DNA of 64,000 nucleotides, from positions 512,001 to 576,000 of the forward strand of contig CAWFJJ010000028.1 in the NCBI GenBank assembly GCA_963816185.1. Reading direction: 5' to 3'. Below the pieces are notes generated by a model that had not been told where the DNA came from, made no database searches, and saw nothing but the letters and a program-made list of their open reading frames with translations. This document shows, in pieces, positions 51,332 to 61,766 of the stretch. How positions within the stretch are numbered: position 1 is the stretch's first letter; the number at the start of each line of letters is the position of its first letter. The position numbers and the translations under genes are program-made. The DNA comes from Thermoanaerobaculia bacterium (GTDB lineage Bacteria; Acidobacteriota; Thermoanaerobaculia; UBA5066).

Positions 51332-52420
51332 GTGGAAACCCTCACGGGTGTCGGCCACCCGACGCGGTACTGGCACGCCGTCGAAGACGGACGCATTCAG
51401 TGTGACGTCTGCCCGAAGGAATGCCGGCTCAAGGAAGGGCAGCTCGGCCACTGCTTCGTGCGCGGGCGTACGGGGGACGCGATCGTTCTCACGACCTATG
51501 GCCGGAGCAGCGGCTTCTGCGTCGATCCGATCGAGAAGAAGCCCTTGAACCACTTCCTCCCCGGCTCGTCGGTCCTCTCGTTCGGTACGGCCGGCTGCAA
51601 CCTCGCCTGCCGGTTCTGCCAGAACTGGGACATCTCGAAGTCGCGGGAGATCGACACGCTCGCGGATTCCGCCTCTCCCGAGCGCATCGCCCGATCCGCC
51701 GTCGAGCTCGGGTGCCGGAGCGTCGCCTTCACGTACAACGATCCCGTCGTCTTCATGGAGTACGCCATCGACGTGGCGCAGGCCTGCCGCGAAGAAGGCA
51801 TCAAATCCGTCGCCGTGACCGCCGGCTACATGTCTCCCGCGCCCCGCGCCGAGATGTACAAGTACATGGACGCCGCGAACGTGGACCTCAAGGCCTTCAC
51901 GGAAGACTTCTACCAGAAGATCTGCGGGGCGCATCTCGGGCCCGTGCTGGAAACGCTCGAATACCTCGTGAAGAAGACGGACGTCTGGACCGAGATTACG
52001 ACTCTCCTCATCCCCGGTCTCAACGACTCGGACCAGGAGATCGACGAGATGACGCGCTGGATCGCGGACCGGCTCGGGCCGGACGTGCCCCTTCACTTCA
52101 CCGCGTTTCACCCGGACTGGAAGATGCGCGACCGGTCCGCGACGCCGCCCGCAACCCTCCGGCGCGCGCGCGAGATCGGCCGCACGAACGGGATCCGATT
52201 TGTCTATACCGGGAACGTCTATGACCCCGAAGGGCAGGCCACGGTCTGCCCCGCCTGCGGGAAGACGCTCATCGGGCGCGACGGCTATGAGATCCTCTCC
52301 TGGGGCCTCGCCGGGGACGGCCGGTGCCGCGCCTGCGGCGCTCGTTGTCCGGGCATCTTCGAAGAAGTTCCCGGCGCCTGGGGCGCGCGCAGGCGGCCGG
52401 TGACCCTCAAGACGCAATGA
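51332..52420 (+). CDS. amrS: AmmeMemoRadiSam system radical SAM enzyme
   Basis: CDVCPKEC, VDPIEKKPLNHF, GCNLACRFCQNWDIS, FTYNDP, C-terminal CxxC pairs. Confidence 0.92.
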   Translation: METLTGVGHPTRYWHAVEDGRIQCDVCPKECRLKEGQLGHCFVRGRTGDAIVLTTYGRSSGFCVDPIEKKPLNHFLPGSSVLSFGTAGCNLACRFCQNWDISKSREIDTLADSASPERIARSAVELGCRSVAFTYNDPVVFMEYAIDVAQACREEGIKSVAVTAGYMSPAPRAEMYKYMDAANVDLKAFTEDFYQKICGAHLGPVLETLEYLVKKTDVWTEITTLLIPGLNDSDQEIDEMTRWIADRLGPDVPLHFTAFHPDWKMRDRSATPPATLRRAREIGRTNGIRFVYTGNVYDPEGQATVCPACGKTLIGRDGYEILSWGLAGDGRCRACGARCPGIFEEVPGAWGARRRPVTLKTQ

Positions 52421-53241
52421 CCCCACACAAGGTCCGCACTCCCGCCGTGGCGGGAACGTTCTATCCGGGCCGTCCCGGAGAGCTGAAGCGGATGGTCGAG
52501 GATCTGCTCGCGGGCGCGCCTATCCCGGAGAAAGGCAAGGCGCCCGCGGCCCTCGTCGTTCCGCACGCGGGGTATGTCTACTCGGGCCCTGTCGCGGCGA
52601 CGGCGTACGCCAGGCTCAGCCGCATCGGCGCCTCGATCTCGCGAGTCGTGGCCTTGGGGCCGGTCCACTACATCCCGATCCGCGGTGCTGCGGTTCCGGC
52701 CGCCGGCGCCTGGGCGACGCCGCTGGGCCAGGTGCCGATCGATGATTCCCTGCGCGAGCGCGCGGTCGCGCACGGCGCCGCGGTCGACGACCGGCCGCAT
52801 GCCCCGGAGCACGCCCTCGAGGTGCAGGTTCCATTCCTCCAGTGCGTCCTCGGCGAAGGGTTTTCGTTCCTGCCCGTCGCCGTCTCGGATCAGCCGGCCG
52901 CGGAGACGGCCGATCTCATCGGGGAGTTCCTCGGCGAGGACGGCACGTTGGTCCTCGTGAGCACCGATCTGAGCCATTACCACGACCTCGCAACGGCGCG
53001 CCGCCTCGACCGCCGCACGTCGGACGCGATCCTCGGTCGCGACGCGTCGGCGCTCTCCGGCGATGACGCCTGCGGGTTCTACCCGCTGCGGGGCCTCGTC
53101 GAGCTCGCCCGAAGGAAGAACCTCCCCGTCGAGCTCCTCGACCTCAGAACGTCGGGAGACACCGCCGGCGGCCCGGAACGGGTCGTCGGCTACGGCGCGT
53201 TCGCAGTCGGGAGAGGAACAGAAGGAATTCGGATTTCTTAG
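52417..53241 (+). CDS. amrB: AmmeMemoRadiSam system protein B (MEMO1 family)
   Basis: PAVAGTFYP, VPHAGYVYSG, EHALEVQVPFLQ, STDLSHY, ACG, VVGYGAF. Confidence 0.92.
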   Translation: MTPHKVRTPAVAGTFYPGRPGELKRMVEDLLAGAPIPEKGKAPAALVVPHAGYVYSGPVAATAYARLSRIGASISRVVALGPVHYIPIRGAAVPAAGAWATPLGQVPIDDSLRERAVAHGAAVDDRPHAPEHALEVQVPFLQCVLGEGFSFLPVAVSDQPAAETADLIGEFLGEDGTLVLVSTDLSHYHDLATARRLDRRTSDAILGRDASALSGDDACGFYPLRGLVELARRKNLPVELLDLRTSGDTAGGPERVVGYGAFAVGRGTEGIRIS

Positions 53242-53364
53242 AAGGCAAGAGGGCCCTGGCGGAGTCCGCGCGTCCACGGCGCCGCCCACGGCGCCGAAGG
53301 GCGGCAAATCGGAGGCCATTGCGCTGAGACGGTGTCTCACTAACCCTTTCTAAGAGAATCTCTT
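53231..53364. repeat. TTCTTAGAA-family inverted pair (amrB/suf junction); supplies the amrB stop codon
   Basis: GGATTTCTTAGAAGG (53231) and TTCTAAGAGAATCTCTT (53348). Confidence 0.7.
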
Positions 53365-53393
53365 ATCCCCTCCTGTATTGCCGCCTCTACTTC

Positions 53394-53429
53394 TTGACTA
53401 AATCAGTCCCATTTCATATCGTACTGATT
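53394..53429 (+). promoter_or_regulatory. suf promoter with overlapping Rrf2/IscR type-1-like operator
   Basis: TTGACT-17-TATCGT. GACT-AAATC-AGTC palindrome over the -35; second inverted repeat AATCAGT..ACTGATT. Confidence 0.7.
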
Positions 53430-53460
53430 CGGTTCGGTATACCGGACCGGGGAGAAAACG

Positions 53461-53934
53461 ATGTTCCGGATGACGAAGCTGACCGACTACGGGATCGTGC
53501 TTCTGACGCACTTCGCGGCGCACGAAGACCAGGTGGCGCACACCGCGCGCGAGCTGGCGCTGGAGACGCGCCTGCCTCTCCCCACCGTGGGCAAGCTCCT
53601 CAAGCAGCTCTCGAAGGGCGGCCTCCTCGCCTCCCATCGCGGCACGAAAGGCGGTTACGTCCTCGCGAGGCCGCCGCGCGAGATCTCCGTGTCCTCGATC
53701 ATCGCGACCCTCGAGGGGCCCGTCGCCATTACCGAGTGCAACGGCATGACGCGGTGCGAGCACGAGAGCTTCTGCTCCACGCGCCCGAACTGGCAAATCA
53801 TCAACGAGACGATCCGCGGCGCTCTCGAGGGCCTCACGCTCGCGGATATGACGCGCCCGCTCGCGCGCCGGATATCCCTCCCGACCGCATTCGCCTTACC
53901 CGCGCGATCTCCCGAAGGGAGGAGCGCGTTATGA
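53461..53934 (+). CDS. Rrf2 family SUF-system Fe-S assembly regulator
   Basis: [16 protein letters not shown]-x5-C-x5-C; first gene of the suf operon. Confidence 0.9.
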   Translation: MFRMTKLTDYGIVLLTHFAAHEDQVAHTARELALETRLPLPTVGKLLKQLSKGGLLASHRGTKGGYVLARPPREISVSSIIATLEGPVAITECNGMTRCEHESFCSTRPNWQIINETIRGALEGLTLADMTRPLARRISLPTAFALPARSPEGRSAL

Positions 53935-55376
53935 GCGACGCCGTTCTCGACAGGCTGACGCGGCAGGAATATCCGCACGGCTTCGTCACGGACATCGACA
54001 CCGACGTCATCCCGGCGGGCCTTTCCGAAGACGTCGTGCGACTGATCTCGAAAAAGAAGGGCGAGCCCGAGTGGCTCCTCGACTGGCGCCTGAAGGCCTA
54101 CCGCCACTGGCTCACGATGGAGGAGCCGAAGTGGGCGCGCGTGACGTACCCGCCGATCGATTACCAGAAGATCGTCTACTACGCCGCGCCGAGGTCCAGC
54201 AAGGAAGGCACTCCGAAGAGCCTCGAGGACGTCGAGCCCGAGCTCCTCGCCATGTACGAGAAGCTCGGGGTGCCCCTGAAGGAGCGCGAGATCCTCGCGG
54301 GCGTCGCGGTGGACGCCGTCATCGACAGCGTGTCGGTCGCGACGACGTTCAAGGAGAAGCTCGGATCTTTGGGCATCATCTTCTGCTCGTTCTCGGAGGC
54401 CGTGCGCGCGCACCCCGACCTCGTGAAGAAGTACCTCGGCAGCGTCGTGCCCTCGAGCGACAACTTCTTCGCGGCGCTGAACTCTGCGGTCTTCTCGGAC
54501 GGCTCGTTCTGCTTCATCCCGAAGGGCGTGCGCTGTCCGATGGAGCTGTCCACGTACTTCCGGATCAACCAGGCCGATACGGGACAGTTCGAGAGGACGC
54601 TCATCGTGGCCGAGCAGGGCGCGAGGGTGTCCTACCTGGAAGGCTGCACCGCCCCGAAGCGGGACACGAACCAGCTCCACGCGGCGGTCGTCGAGCTCGT
54701 CGCCCTGGACGACGCGCAGATCAAGTACTCGACCGTGCAGAACTGGTACCCGGGCGACCGCGAGGGCAAGGGCGGCATCTACAACTTCGTGACGAAGCGC
54801 GGCAAGTGCGCCGGAAAGAACTCGCGCATCTCGTGGACGCAGGTCGAGACGGGCTCGGCGATCACCTGGAAGTACCCAAGCTGCATCCTCCTGGGCGACA
54901 ACTCGGTCGGCGAGTTCTACTCGGTCGCCCTCGCGAACAACTACCAGCAGGCCGACACGGGCACGAAGATGATCCACATCGGGAAGAACACGCGCTCCAC
55001 GATCGTGTCGAAGGGCATCTCGGCGGGACACGGGCAGAACACGTACCGCGGCGCCGTCACGATCATGAAGAACGCCGAGGGCGCGCGGAACTACTCGCAG
55101 TGCGACTCGCTCCTGATCGGCGACCAGTGCGGGGCGCACACGTTCCCGTACATCGAGGTCAAGAACAGCTCGGCCACTCTCGAGCACGAGGCATCCACGT
55201 CGAAGATCGGCGAGGACCAGCTCTTCTACTGCCGCCAGCGGGGCCTCTCGGCGGAGGACGCCGTCTCGCTCATCGTCAACGGCTTCGCCAAGCGCGTCCT
55301 GAAAGAGCTCCCCATGGAGTTCGCGGTCGAGGCACAGAAACTACTCGGCGTGTCCCTCGAAGGATCAGTCGGATGA
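53931..55376 (+). CDS. sufB: Fe-S cluster assembly protein SufB
   Basis: [49 protein letters not shown]. Confidence 0.98.
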   Translation: MSDAVLDRLTRQEYPHGFVTDIDTDVIPAGLSEDVVRLISKKKGEPEWLLDWRLKAYRHWLTMEEPKWARVTYPPIDYQKIVYYAAPRSSKEGTPKSLEDVEPELLAMYEKLGVPLKEREILAGVAVDAVIDSVSVATTFKEKLGSLGIIFCSFSEAVRAHPDLVKKYLGSVVPSSDNFFAALNSAVFSDGSFCFIPKGVRCPMELSTYFRINQADTGQFERTLIVAEQGARVSYLEGCTAPKRDTNQLHAAVVELVALDDAQIKYSTVQNWYPGDREGKGGIYNFVTKRGKCAGKNSRISWTQVETGSAITWKYPSCILLGDNSVGEFYSVALANNYQQADTGTKMIHIGKNTRSTIVSKGISAGHGQNTYRGAVTIMKNAEGARNYSQCDSLLIGDQCGAHTFPYIEVKNSSATLEHEASTSKIGEDQLFYCRQRGLSAEDAVSLIVNGFAKRVLKELPMEFAVEAQKLLGVSLEGSVG

Positions 55377-56170
55377 ATCTTCTCGAAATCTCGAACCTCC
55401 ACGCCTCGATCGAGGAAGACGGCACCGAGATCCTCAAGGGGATCGACCTCGTCATCCGCCCGGGTGAAGTGCACGCGATCATGGGTCCGAACGGGTCGGG
55501 CAAGAGCACGCTCGCGCACGTCCTGTCGGGGCGGCCCGGATACGTCGTGACGCAGGGCACCGCCCGGTTCAAGGGCATGGACCTTCTCGCGATGCCCGCC
55601 GAAATGCGCGCGAGAGAGGGCATCTTCCTCGCGTTTCAGTATCCCGTCGAGATTCCGGGTGTCTCGAACACGTATTTCCTGCGGACCGCGGTCAACACCG
55701 TGCGCAAGCACCGCGGGCAGCCGGAGCTCGACGCGATCGACTTCCTCGCGCTCCTCGACGAGAAGGCGAAGCTCGTGAAGATGGAGGAGGCGCTGTTGAA
55801 CCGTTCGGTGAACGAGGGCTTCTCCGGCGGCGAGAAGAAGCGCAACGAGGTCCTCCAGATGGCGATCCTCGACCCGAAGCTCGCGATCCTCGACGAGACG
55901 GACTCGGGCCTCGACATCGACGCCCTTCGAGTCGCCGCCTCGGGCGTGAACGCCCTCCGTGACGGCGTGCGCGGGATGCTCGTCATCACGCACTACCAGC
56001 GCCTGCTCGACTACATCATCCCGGACTTCGTCCACGTCCTCTCGGACGGAAGGATCGTGAAATCCGGCGACAAGAACCTCGCGAAGGAGCTGGAGGCCAA
56101 GGGCTACTCCTGGATCGAGAAGGAGCCTCCGGCGGCGGAGTCGGCGGTCGCAGGAGCCGCGGCACGATGA
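55373..56170 (+). CDS. sufC: Fe-S cluster assembly ATPase SufC
   Basis: [45 protein letters not shown]. Confidence 0.98.
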   Translation: MNLLEISNLHASIEEDGTEILKGIDLVIRPGEVHAIMGPNGSGKSTLAHVLSGRPGYVVTQGTARFKGMDLLAMPAEMRAREGIFLAFQYPVEIPGVSNTYFLRTAVNTVRKHRGQPELDAIDFLALLDEKAKLVKMEEALLNRSVNEGFSGGEKKRNEVLQMAILDPKLAILDETDSGLDIDALRVAASGVNALRDGVRGMLVITHYQRLLDYIIPDFVHVLSDGRIVKSGDKNLAKELEAKGYSWIEKEPPAAESAVAGAAAR

Positions 56171-57549
56171 CGCGCGCCGCGCGGCCGACCGCCCTTTTCG
56201 AGGGAGTCGCGACGCTCACGGAGGCGGCCGCGGACTTCGCGGCGACCCGCCCCGGCCCGCCCTGGCTGCAGAAGCTGCGCCGGAACTCTCTCGCGGCGTT
56301 CGAGAAGCTCGGATTCCCCTCGACGTACGACGAGGAGTGGCGGTTCACGAACCTCGCGCCCCTCGCGCGCGCTCCATTCTCTCTTCCGCCCGACGACGTC
56401 ACCCTCGCCGAGCGCACCGCGGCTTTCGAGCTGGAAGCGCGGCTCGGGACGATCGGGCTCTCGGCCTCGGAGCCGAGGCTCGCGTTCGTGAACGGGCGGC
56501 ACCTACGCCGAAACGTCGGAGCTCTCCCGCCGGGGCTCTTCTTCGAATGGATGGGAACGGTCCTCCGGGAATCGCCGGAGCTCGTCGAGAAGGCCCTCGT
56601 GGCGTCGGTCGCGTCGGAGAACCCTGCGCGGGGCACGTTCGCCGCTCTCGGTGACGCTTTTCTGGACGAAGGCGTCGTCCTTCGTGTCGCCGCCGGCGTC
56701 CGTCTCGAAGAGCCCCTCTTCATCCTCCACGTATCGACGCCCCCCGGCTCCTCGGAGGCGCCGCGAATGGTTCACACGCGGAATCTCTTCACCTTCGAAG
56801 AAGATTCCTCAGCCACCGTGATCGAGGCCTACCTCGGATCAGGCGGGCCGTCCTTCATGAACACCCTGACGGACATTTCTCTCGCGCGGAACGCCCGACT
56901 GCAGCACATCAAGCTCCAGCTCGAGGGCCCCGAGGCGTTCCACGTCGGGCACCTCTCGGTCGTGCACGCTCCGGGCGCGACGTCCGCCTCCCACGTCTTT
57001 TCGTTCGGCGGCAAGCTCGTCCGCAACGAGATCGCGATGGACCTCGCCGGCGAAGGGGCCCGGACGGAGCTGTTCGGTCTCTTTTGCGCGAACTCCGGGC
57101 AGCACGTCGACTGCCATACGCTCATCGACCACGTCGCACCGCGTGCCGACAGCGTCGAGCTGTACAAGGGCGTCCTCGACGGCACCGGCCGCGGCGTCTT
57201 CGACGGCAAGATCGTCGTGCGTCCCGGGGCCGTACGAACGGATGCGCGGCAGACGAACCGAAATCTCATCCTCTCGGACAGCGCCCTCGTCGACAGCAAG
57301 CCTCAGCTCGAGATCCACAACAACGACGTCCGCTGCTCTCACGGCTCCACGACGGGGCGGCTCGACGCCGACGCCGTCTTCTACCTCCGCTCGCGCGGCC
57401 TCTCGCCCGAGGCGGCGCGCGCCCTCCTCACGTACGCTTTCGGCAGCGAGATGATCGAAAAGGTGCCGTCCGCCGACGTCAGGGCCTTCCTCGAGGGCCA
57501 CCTGCGCGCCTGGCTACCCGCGAACCTCGCGGCCCCGGAGAACCGATGA
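56167..57549 (+). CDS. sufD: Fe-S cluster assembly protein SufD
   Basis: EEWRFT, VFDGKI, KPQLEI..DVRCSHG, FYLRSRG. Confidence 0.95.
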   Translation: MTRAARPTALFEGVATLTEAAADFAATRPGPPWLQKLRRNSLAAFEKLGFPSTYDEEWRFTNLAPLARAPFSLPPDDVTLAERTAAFELEARLGTIGLSASEPRLAFVNGRHLRRNVGALPPGLFFEWMGTVLRESPELVEKALVASVASENPARGTFAALGDAFLDEGVVLRVAAGVRLEEPLFILHVSTPPGSSEAPRMVHTRNLFTFEEDSSATVIEAYLGSGGPSFMNTLTDISLARNARLQHIKLQLEGPEAFHVGHLSVVHAPGATSASHVFSFGGKLVRNEIAMDLAGEGARTELFGLFCANSGQHVDCHTLIDHVAPRADSVELYKGVLDGTGRGVFDGKIVVRPGAVRTDARQTNRNLILSDSALVDSKPQLEIHNNDVRCSHGSTTGRLDADAVFYLRSRGLSPEAARALLTYAFGSEMIEKVPSADVRAFLEGHLRAWLPANLAAPENR

Positions 57550-58805
57550 GCGCCGTCACGAAGACCGCCCCGGAGGCGCGCACCCGCGCCTACGACGTGG
57601 AGCGCATCCGCGCCGAGTTCCCGATCCTCTCGCGCTCGGTCCACGGCAAGCCCCTCGTTTACCTCGACAACGCGAATACGACACAGAAGCCGCAGATCGT
57701 GATCGACGCAGACCGCCGGTATTACGAGGAGGAGAACGCGAACATCCACCGCGGCACGCACTGGCTCTCCGAGAAGGCCACCGAGGCGTACGAAGGCGCC
57801 CGCGGAAGGATCGCGCGCTTCCTCGGCGCCGCCTCGCCGAAGGAGATCGTCTTCACACGCGGCACGACGGAGGCGATCAACCTCGTCGCGGCAGGTTTCT
57901 CTCGGGAATTCCTCCAGGCGGGCGACGAGGTCCTCATCACGGGGCTCGAGCATCACTCGAACATCGTGCCGTGGCAGCTCGCCTGCGAGAAGACCGGCGC
58001 GAAGCTCGTCGTCGTGCCGATCACCGACGAGGGCGAGGTGCCGGTCGAGGAGTTCGAGAAGCGCCTGTCGAATCGGACGAAGCTCGCCGCCGTGTCGCAC
58101 GTTTCGAACGCGCTCGGCACCGTGAACCCCGTGAAGGCGTTCATCGCGCTCGCGCACGCACGCAAGGTTCCCGTCCTGGTGGACGGCGCGCAGGCCGCAC
58201 CGCATCTTCCGCTCGACGTGAAGGAACTCGGCTGCGACTTCTACGCGATCTCGGGCCACAAGATGTACGGGCCCACGGGCATCGGCGCGCTCTACGGCAC
58301 CGAGGAATGGCTCGAGAAGCTGCCCCCGTATCAAGGCGGGGGCGACATGATCTCCTCCGTCACGTTCGAGAAGACCACGTACAACGTCCTTCCCTGGAAA
58401 TTCGAGGCCGGCACCGCGAACATCGCAGGTGGAATCGGCTTCGGAGTGGCGGCCGACTGGCTGTCCGGGGTGGGGATCGCCGCCGTGGCCGAGCACGAGC
58501 ACGACCTCCTCGTCCACGGCACCCGGCAGCTCTCCGCCATCCCCGGCCTCACGATCGTGGGCCGCGCGAAAGAGAAGGCCGGCGTGATCTCGTTCGTCCT
58601 CGAGAACGTGCACCCTCACGACATCGGGACGATCCTCGACCGCGAGGGAATCGCGATTCGCACGGGTCACCATTGTGCGCAGCCCGTCATGGACCGCTTC
58701 GGCCTCCCCGCAACGGCGCGGGCGTCGTTCGGCCTCTACAACACGCGCGCGGAGATCGACGCGCTCGCGGCGGCGATCGAGAAAGTGCGCGAGGTGTTCG
58801 GCTGA
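57546..58805 (+). CDS. sufS: Cysteine desulfurase SufS
   Basis: YLDNANT, EHHSN, SGHKMYGP, RTGHHCA (group II). Confidence 0.96.
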   Translation: MSAVTKTAPEARTRAYDVERIRAEFPILSRSVHGKPLVYLDNANTTQKPQIVIDADRRYYEEENANIHRGTHWLSEKATEAYEGARGRIARFLGAASPKEIVFTRGTTEAINLVAAGFSREFLQAGDEVLITGLEHHSNIVPWQLACEKTGAKLVVVPITDEGEVPVEEFEKRLSNRTKLAAVSHVSNALGTVNPVKAFIALAHARKVPVLVDGAQAAPHLPLDVKELGCDFYAISGHKMYGPTGIGALYGTEEWLEKLPPYQGGGDMISSVTFEKTTYNVLPWKFEAGTANIAGGIGFGVAADWLSGVGIAAVAEHEHDLLVHGTRQLSAIPGLTIVGRAKEKAGVISFVLENVHPHDIGTILDREGIAIRTGHHCAQPVMDRFGLPATARASFGLYNTRAEIDALAAAIEKVREVFG

Positions 58806-59257
58806 TGACGGACCTGCGAGATCTCTATCAGGAGGTCATCCTCGACCACAACAAGTCTCCCCACAACTACCGGGAGATGCCCGACGCCACGCGCCTCGCG
58901 CTCGGCAACAACCCGCTCTGCGGCGACAAGCTGAAGCTCTACGTTCGCCTCGAGGGCGACCGCATCGCGGACGTCGCGTTCCAGGGCTCGGGGTGCGCGA
59001 TCTCGAAGGCGTCCGCGTCGATCATGACCGACGCCATCAAGGGCAAGAGCCTCGCCGAAGCCGAGGCGCTGTACGGGAAGTTCCACGATCTCCTGACCGG
59101 GCCGCCCGACGTCAAGGCCGACGGCGCGGGCCTCGGCAAGCTTGCCGTCTTCTCCGGTGTCCGCGAGTTCCCGGCCCGCGTCAAATGCGCAACGCTCGCG
59201 TGGCACACGCTGGAGACGGCGCTGAAGAACACGCAAGAAGTGGCGAAGACCGAGTAA
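58805..59257 (+). CDS. sufU: SufU (NifU-like) sulfur-transfer protein
   Basis: LYQEVILDH, NPLCGD, GCAISKAS, RVKCATL. Confidence 0.95.
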   Translation: MTDLRDLYQEVILDHNKSPHNYREMPDATRLALGNNPLCGDKLKLYVRLEGDRIADVAFQGSGCAISKASASIMTDAIKGKSLAEAEALYGKFHDLLTGPPDVKADGAGLGKLAVFSGVREFPARVKCATLAWHTLETALKNTQEVAKTE

Positions 59258-59260
59258 ATG

Positions 59261-59472
59261 GAAGATAGAAGAAATGAGAGAAGAGAAGAGATTTCTTAGA
59301 AAGTAATCGGGCCAGCGGCAGCGGCGAAGCAGGCGCGGCAACGGCGGAGCGGGAAGCGATGGCCGTCTGAGCGCCTTCTAAGCAATGTATTCGGACAAAG
59401 CTCGGACGCAGCGGACGCGGCATCAGCCGCGCAGACCGCGGCGCCCGTCCACGTGCCTTCTGAGAAATCTTC
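59261..59472. repeat. TTCTTAGAA-family inverted pair plus extra degenerate arm (sufU/sufT junction)
   Basis: AG tract then GAGATTTCTTAGAAAGTAATCGGGCCAGCGGCA (core 59293); TTCTAAGCAA (59376); TTCTGAGAAATCTTC (59458). Confidence 0.75.
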
Positions 59473-59851
59473 GTCCCCCGGTCCCTCTTCGGACACCACA
59501 GGCGCGGCACCGGCAGCACAGCCCGCATCGCCCTCTGACGCGCAAAGGAATCCTCTCGAGCAGACGGTCATCGACGAGGCTTTGAAGAAGTGCTTCGACC
59601 CCGAGATCCCGGTGAACATCTGGGAGCTGGGGCTGATCTACGACGTGAGCGTGTCGCCCGAAGGCGTCGCAGACGTGAAGATGACGCTCACGGCACCCGG
59701 GTGCCCTGTCGCCGGATCCCTTCCCGGCGAGGTCGAGACGAAGATCAAAGCCGTCCCCGGCATCACCGACGCGAAGGTCGAGCTCGTCTGGGATCCGCCC
59801 TGGACCGTCGAGATGATGTCGCGCGTGGCCAAAGTCATGCTCGGGATGTGA
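59453..59851 (+). CDS. DUF59/SufT-like Fe-S assembly protein
   Basis: DPEIPVNIWELGLIY, MTLTAPGCP, VWDPPW. Start uncertain. Confidence 0.9.
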   Translation: MPSEKSSSPGPSSDTTGAAPAAQPASPSDAQRNPLEQTVIDEALKKCFDPEIPVNIWELGLIYDVSVSPEGVADVKMTLTAPGCPVAGSLPGEVETKIKAVPGITDAKVELVWDPPWTVEMMSRVAKVMLGM

Positions 59852-59893
59852 GCCGGGCCACAGCGCGAGGAGTCGTCCGCGCGGTACCGTTCG

Positions 59894-61747
59894 GTGATGA
59901 TTCGGAGAATCTGCCTGCTGGCAGTCTTCTGTCTGATTGCGAGCGACGTCCAGGCCCAGACGTGCATCGGTCCCCTCGCGACGCTGATCAGCCCGGCACC
60001 CGGGTCGACCCTTCCGGCAGGTGCCGTCACGTTCGCGTGGTGCGATGCCGGGCGCGACTACTTCCTGACCGTGGAGAGCATTCGCGGCGCACACGAGATC
60101 TTCTTTGCGGTCGTCCACGTGACCTCCGTAACGCTTGGTCCGGCGTGCAACCTACCGACGGCCATCAGCCCTTCGACGGGTTGCATCCTTCCAAACGGCG
60201 AAACCATCTACGTAACTTTGTGGACGCAGGTGGGGAGCGGAAAGACGAGCTTTCAAGCCGCTCCGACGGTCACCTATACCGCCGCGAACTCGCTCTTGCC
60301 GACGGGCTTCGTTCCCATCGTCCTCGACGTCACGGGACTCGCGCACTACACGAGCGAGCTGCAGCTCACGAATTTGGGACCTGCCCCCACGACGGTGAAG
60401 CTCTCCTACGTCGGATCGATGGGCACGGGCTCGAGGGATGTGCTGGAGACCGTTCCCGCCGGCCAGCAAGTCGTCTACCCGGATGCCATTTCGTTTCTCA
60501 GGTCCCGTGGCGTTCCAATTCCGGGCGTCGGAAACCAGGGAGGAACGCTCCTCGTCTCGGCGGCCGCGGCGGGCGTCCGCGCCACGGTCCGAACGGGCGC
60601 CGATACCGCGGCTCCTCAGCCGGTGGGGCGCTCTGGCCTGGCATACAGCGACAGTGACCCGGCGCTGTCTTCGGCGGCCACGTACGTCTACGGCCTGAGA
60701 ACGAACGCCGCCGACCGCTCCAACCTCGCCGTCTACAACATGGGGTCGGCTCCCGTCTCGCTCAAGGTCACGCTCGTCTCCGGAGACGACGGGAGCGTCT
60801 TCGACGTGACGGCGGGTCTGCCGCTGGCCCTTCCGGCCCACGGCTGGTTCCAACACGGAGACGCGGATCTCCTGAGGAAGGCCGGCTTCTCCTCCGCATA
60901 CGCGATCGTGGAGAGGGTCGGGGGGACCGGGCCGTTCGGGGCGTATGGCGTCGTCAACGACCAGGTGACGAACGACGGATCGTTCATGCCGGCGCTGCCG
61001 GGCACGTCAGTCGGAAGCAAGGTCACCGTTCCCGTCCTCGTCGAGACAGGGGCCTTCGGGTCGGAGCTGATCCTGGCGAACCGCGGGACCGCCACGGCGA
61101 CGTTCACTCTGCGCTACGTCGAGTCCCTCTCGCCGGCCAACGGACCGGGAGGGACGGCGACCGTCGACGTCGCCGCCGGCCGGCAGACGATCATTCCGGC
61201 GGCCATCGATTTCCTGAGGTCGAAGGGGGTCGCCATCGGCGCCCGCGGCGTGGCTGGCTACGCGGGGAGCCTGCAGGTCCTGGTGAGCGGAGTCGGCCTC
61301 GAAAGCGTCTTCGCGGGAGCGCGGACGTCCGCGAGCTCGCCCGCCGGGGGAGAGTTCGGGGTCTTCTACCCGGGTATCGACTCGAACCAGGAGTTCTCCG
61401 ACCAGGCCTTCGTCCTCGGCTTGAAGGCCGACGCGAACAACCGGAGCAACGTCGCGGTCGTCCACACCGGGGCGGACGGGTCTGGTCCGATCACGCTGGA
61501 GCTCCAGGTGCTGGACGGCTCGAACGGCGGCAGGCCTGTTGGGCAGCCGATCTCGGTGAACGTGAACCCCGGAGGATGGGCTCAGCCTTCCGGGTTCTTC
61601 GCGAGCGCCGGCATACCGAACGGCTACGTGAGGATCCGGCGCACGGCCGGAACGGCACCTTGGTACGCCTATGGGGTGATCAACGACGGAGGCCAGCCAG
61701 GACAAAGGACCGGAGACGGGAGCTACGTGCCCGGCGTGCAGCCGTAA
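59894..61747 (+). CDS. Secreted hypothetical protein with two tandem homologous beta-rich modules
   Basis: Signal peptide (VQA|Q); duplicated motifs YTSELQLTN/FGSELILAN, RSNLAVYN/RSNVAVVH, AYGVVND..DGSF/AYGVIND..DGSY. Confidence 0.75.
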   Translation: MMIRRICLLAVFCLIASDVQAQTCIGPLATLISPAPGSTLPAGAVTFAWCDAGRDYFLTVESIRGAHEIFFAVVHVTSVTLGPACNLPTAISPSTGCILPNGETIYVTLWTQVGSGKTSFQAAPTVTYTAANSLLPTGFVPIVLDVTGLAHYTSELQLTNLGPAPTTVKLSYVGSMGTGSRDVLETVPAGQQVVYPDAISFLRSRGVPIPGVGNQGGTLLVSAAAAGVRATVRTGADTAAPQPVGRSGLAYSDSDPALSSAATYVYGLRTNAADRSNLAVYNMGSAPVSLKVTLVSGDDGSVFDVTAGLPLALPAHGWFQHGDADLLRKAGFSSAYAIVERVGGTGPFGAYGVVNDQVTNDGSFMPALPGTSVGSKVTVPVLVETGAFGSELILANRGTATATFTLRYVESLSPANGPGGTATVDVAAGRQTIIPAAIDFLRSKGVAIGARGVAGYAGSLQVLVSGVGLESVFAGARTSASSPAGGEFGVFYPGIDSNQEFSDQAFVLGLKADANNRSNVAVVHTGADGSGPITLELQVLDGSNGGRPVGQPISVNVNPGGWAQPSGFFASAGIPNGYVRIRRTAGTAPWYAYGVINDGGQPGQRTGDGSYVPGVQP

Positions 61748-61766
61748 GGGGGCGAATCGAAACAGC

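Noticed and set aside
14321-56810. Weaker look-alikes of the repeat core in coding regions (e.g. ~14336, ~20612, ~33474, ~56792)
   Set aside because: Too degenerate to call by eye; they need a PWM scan.
13748-59472. TTCTTAGAA inverted pairs as rho-independent terminators, attC sites or dif sites
   Set aside because: The arms are AT-rich with long variable spacers and no U-tract, and they sit inside apparent operons. They lack RYYYAAC/GTTRRRY ends and the 11-6-11 dif layout.
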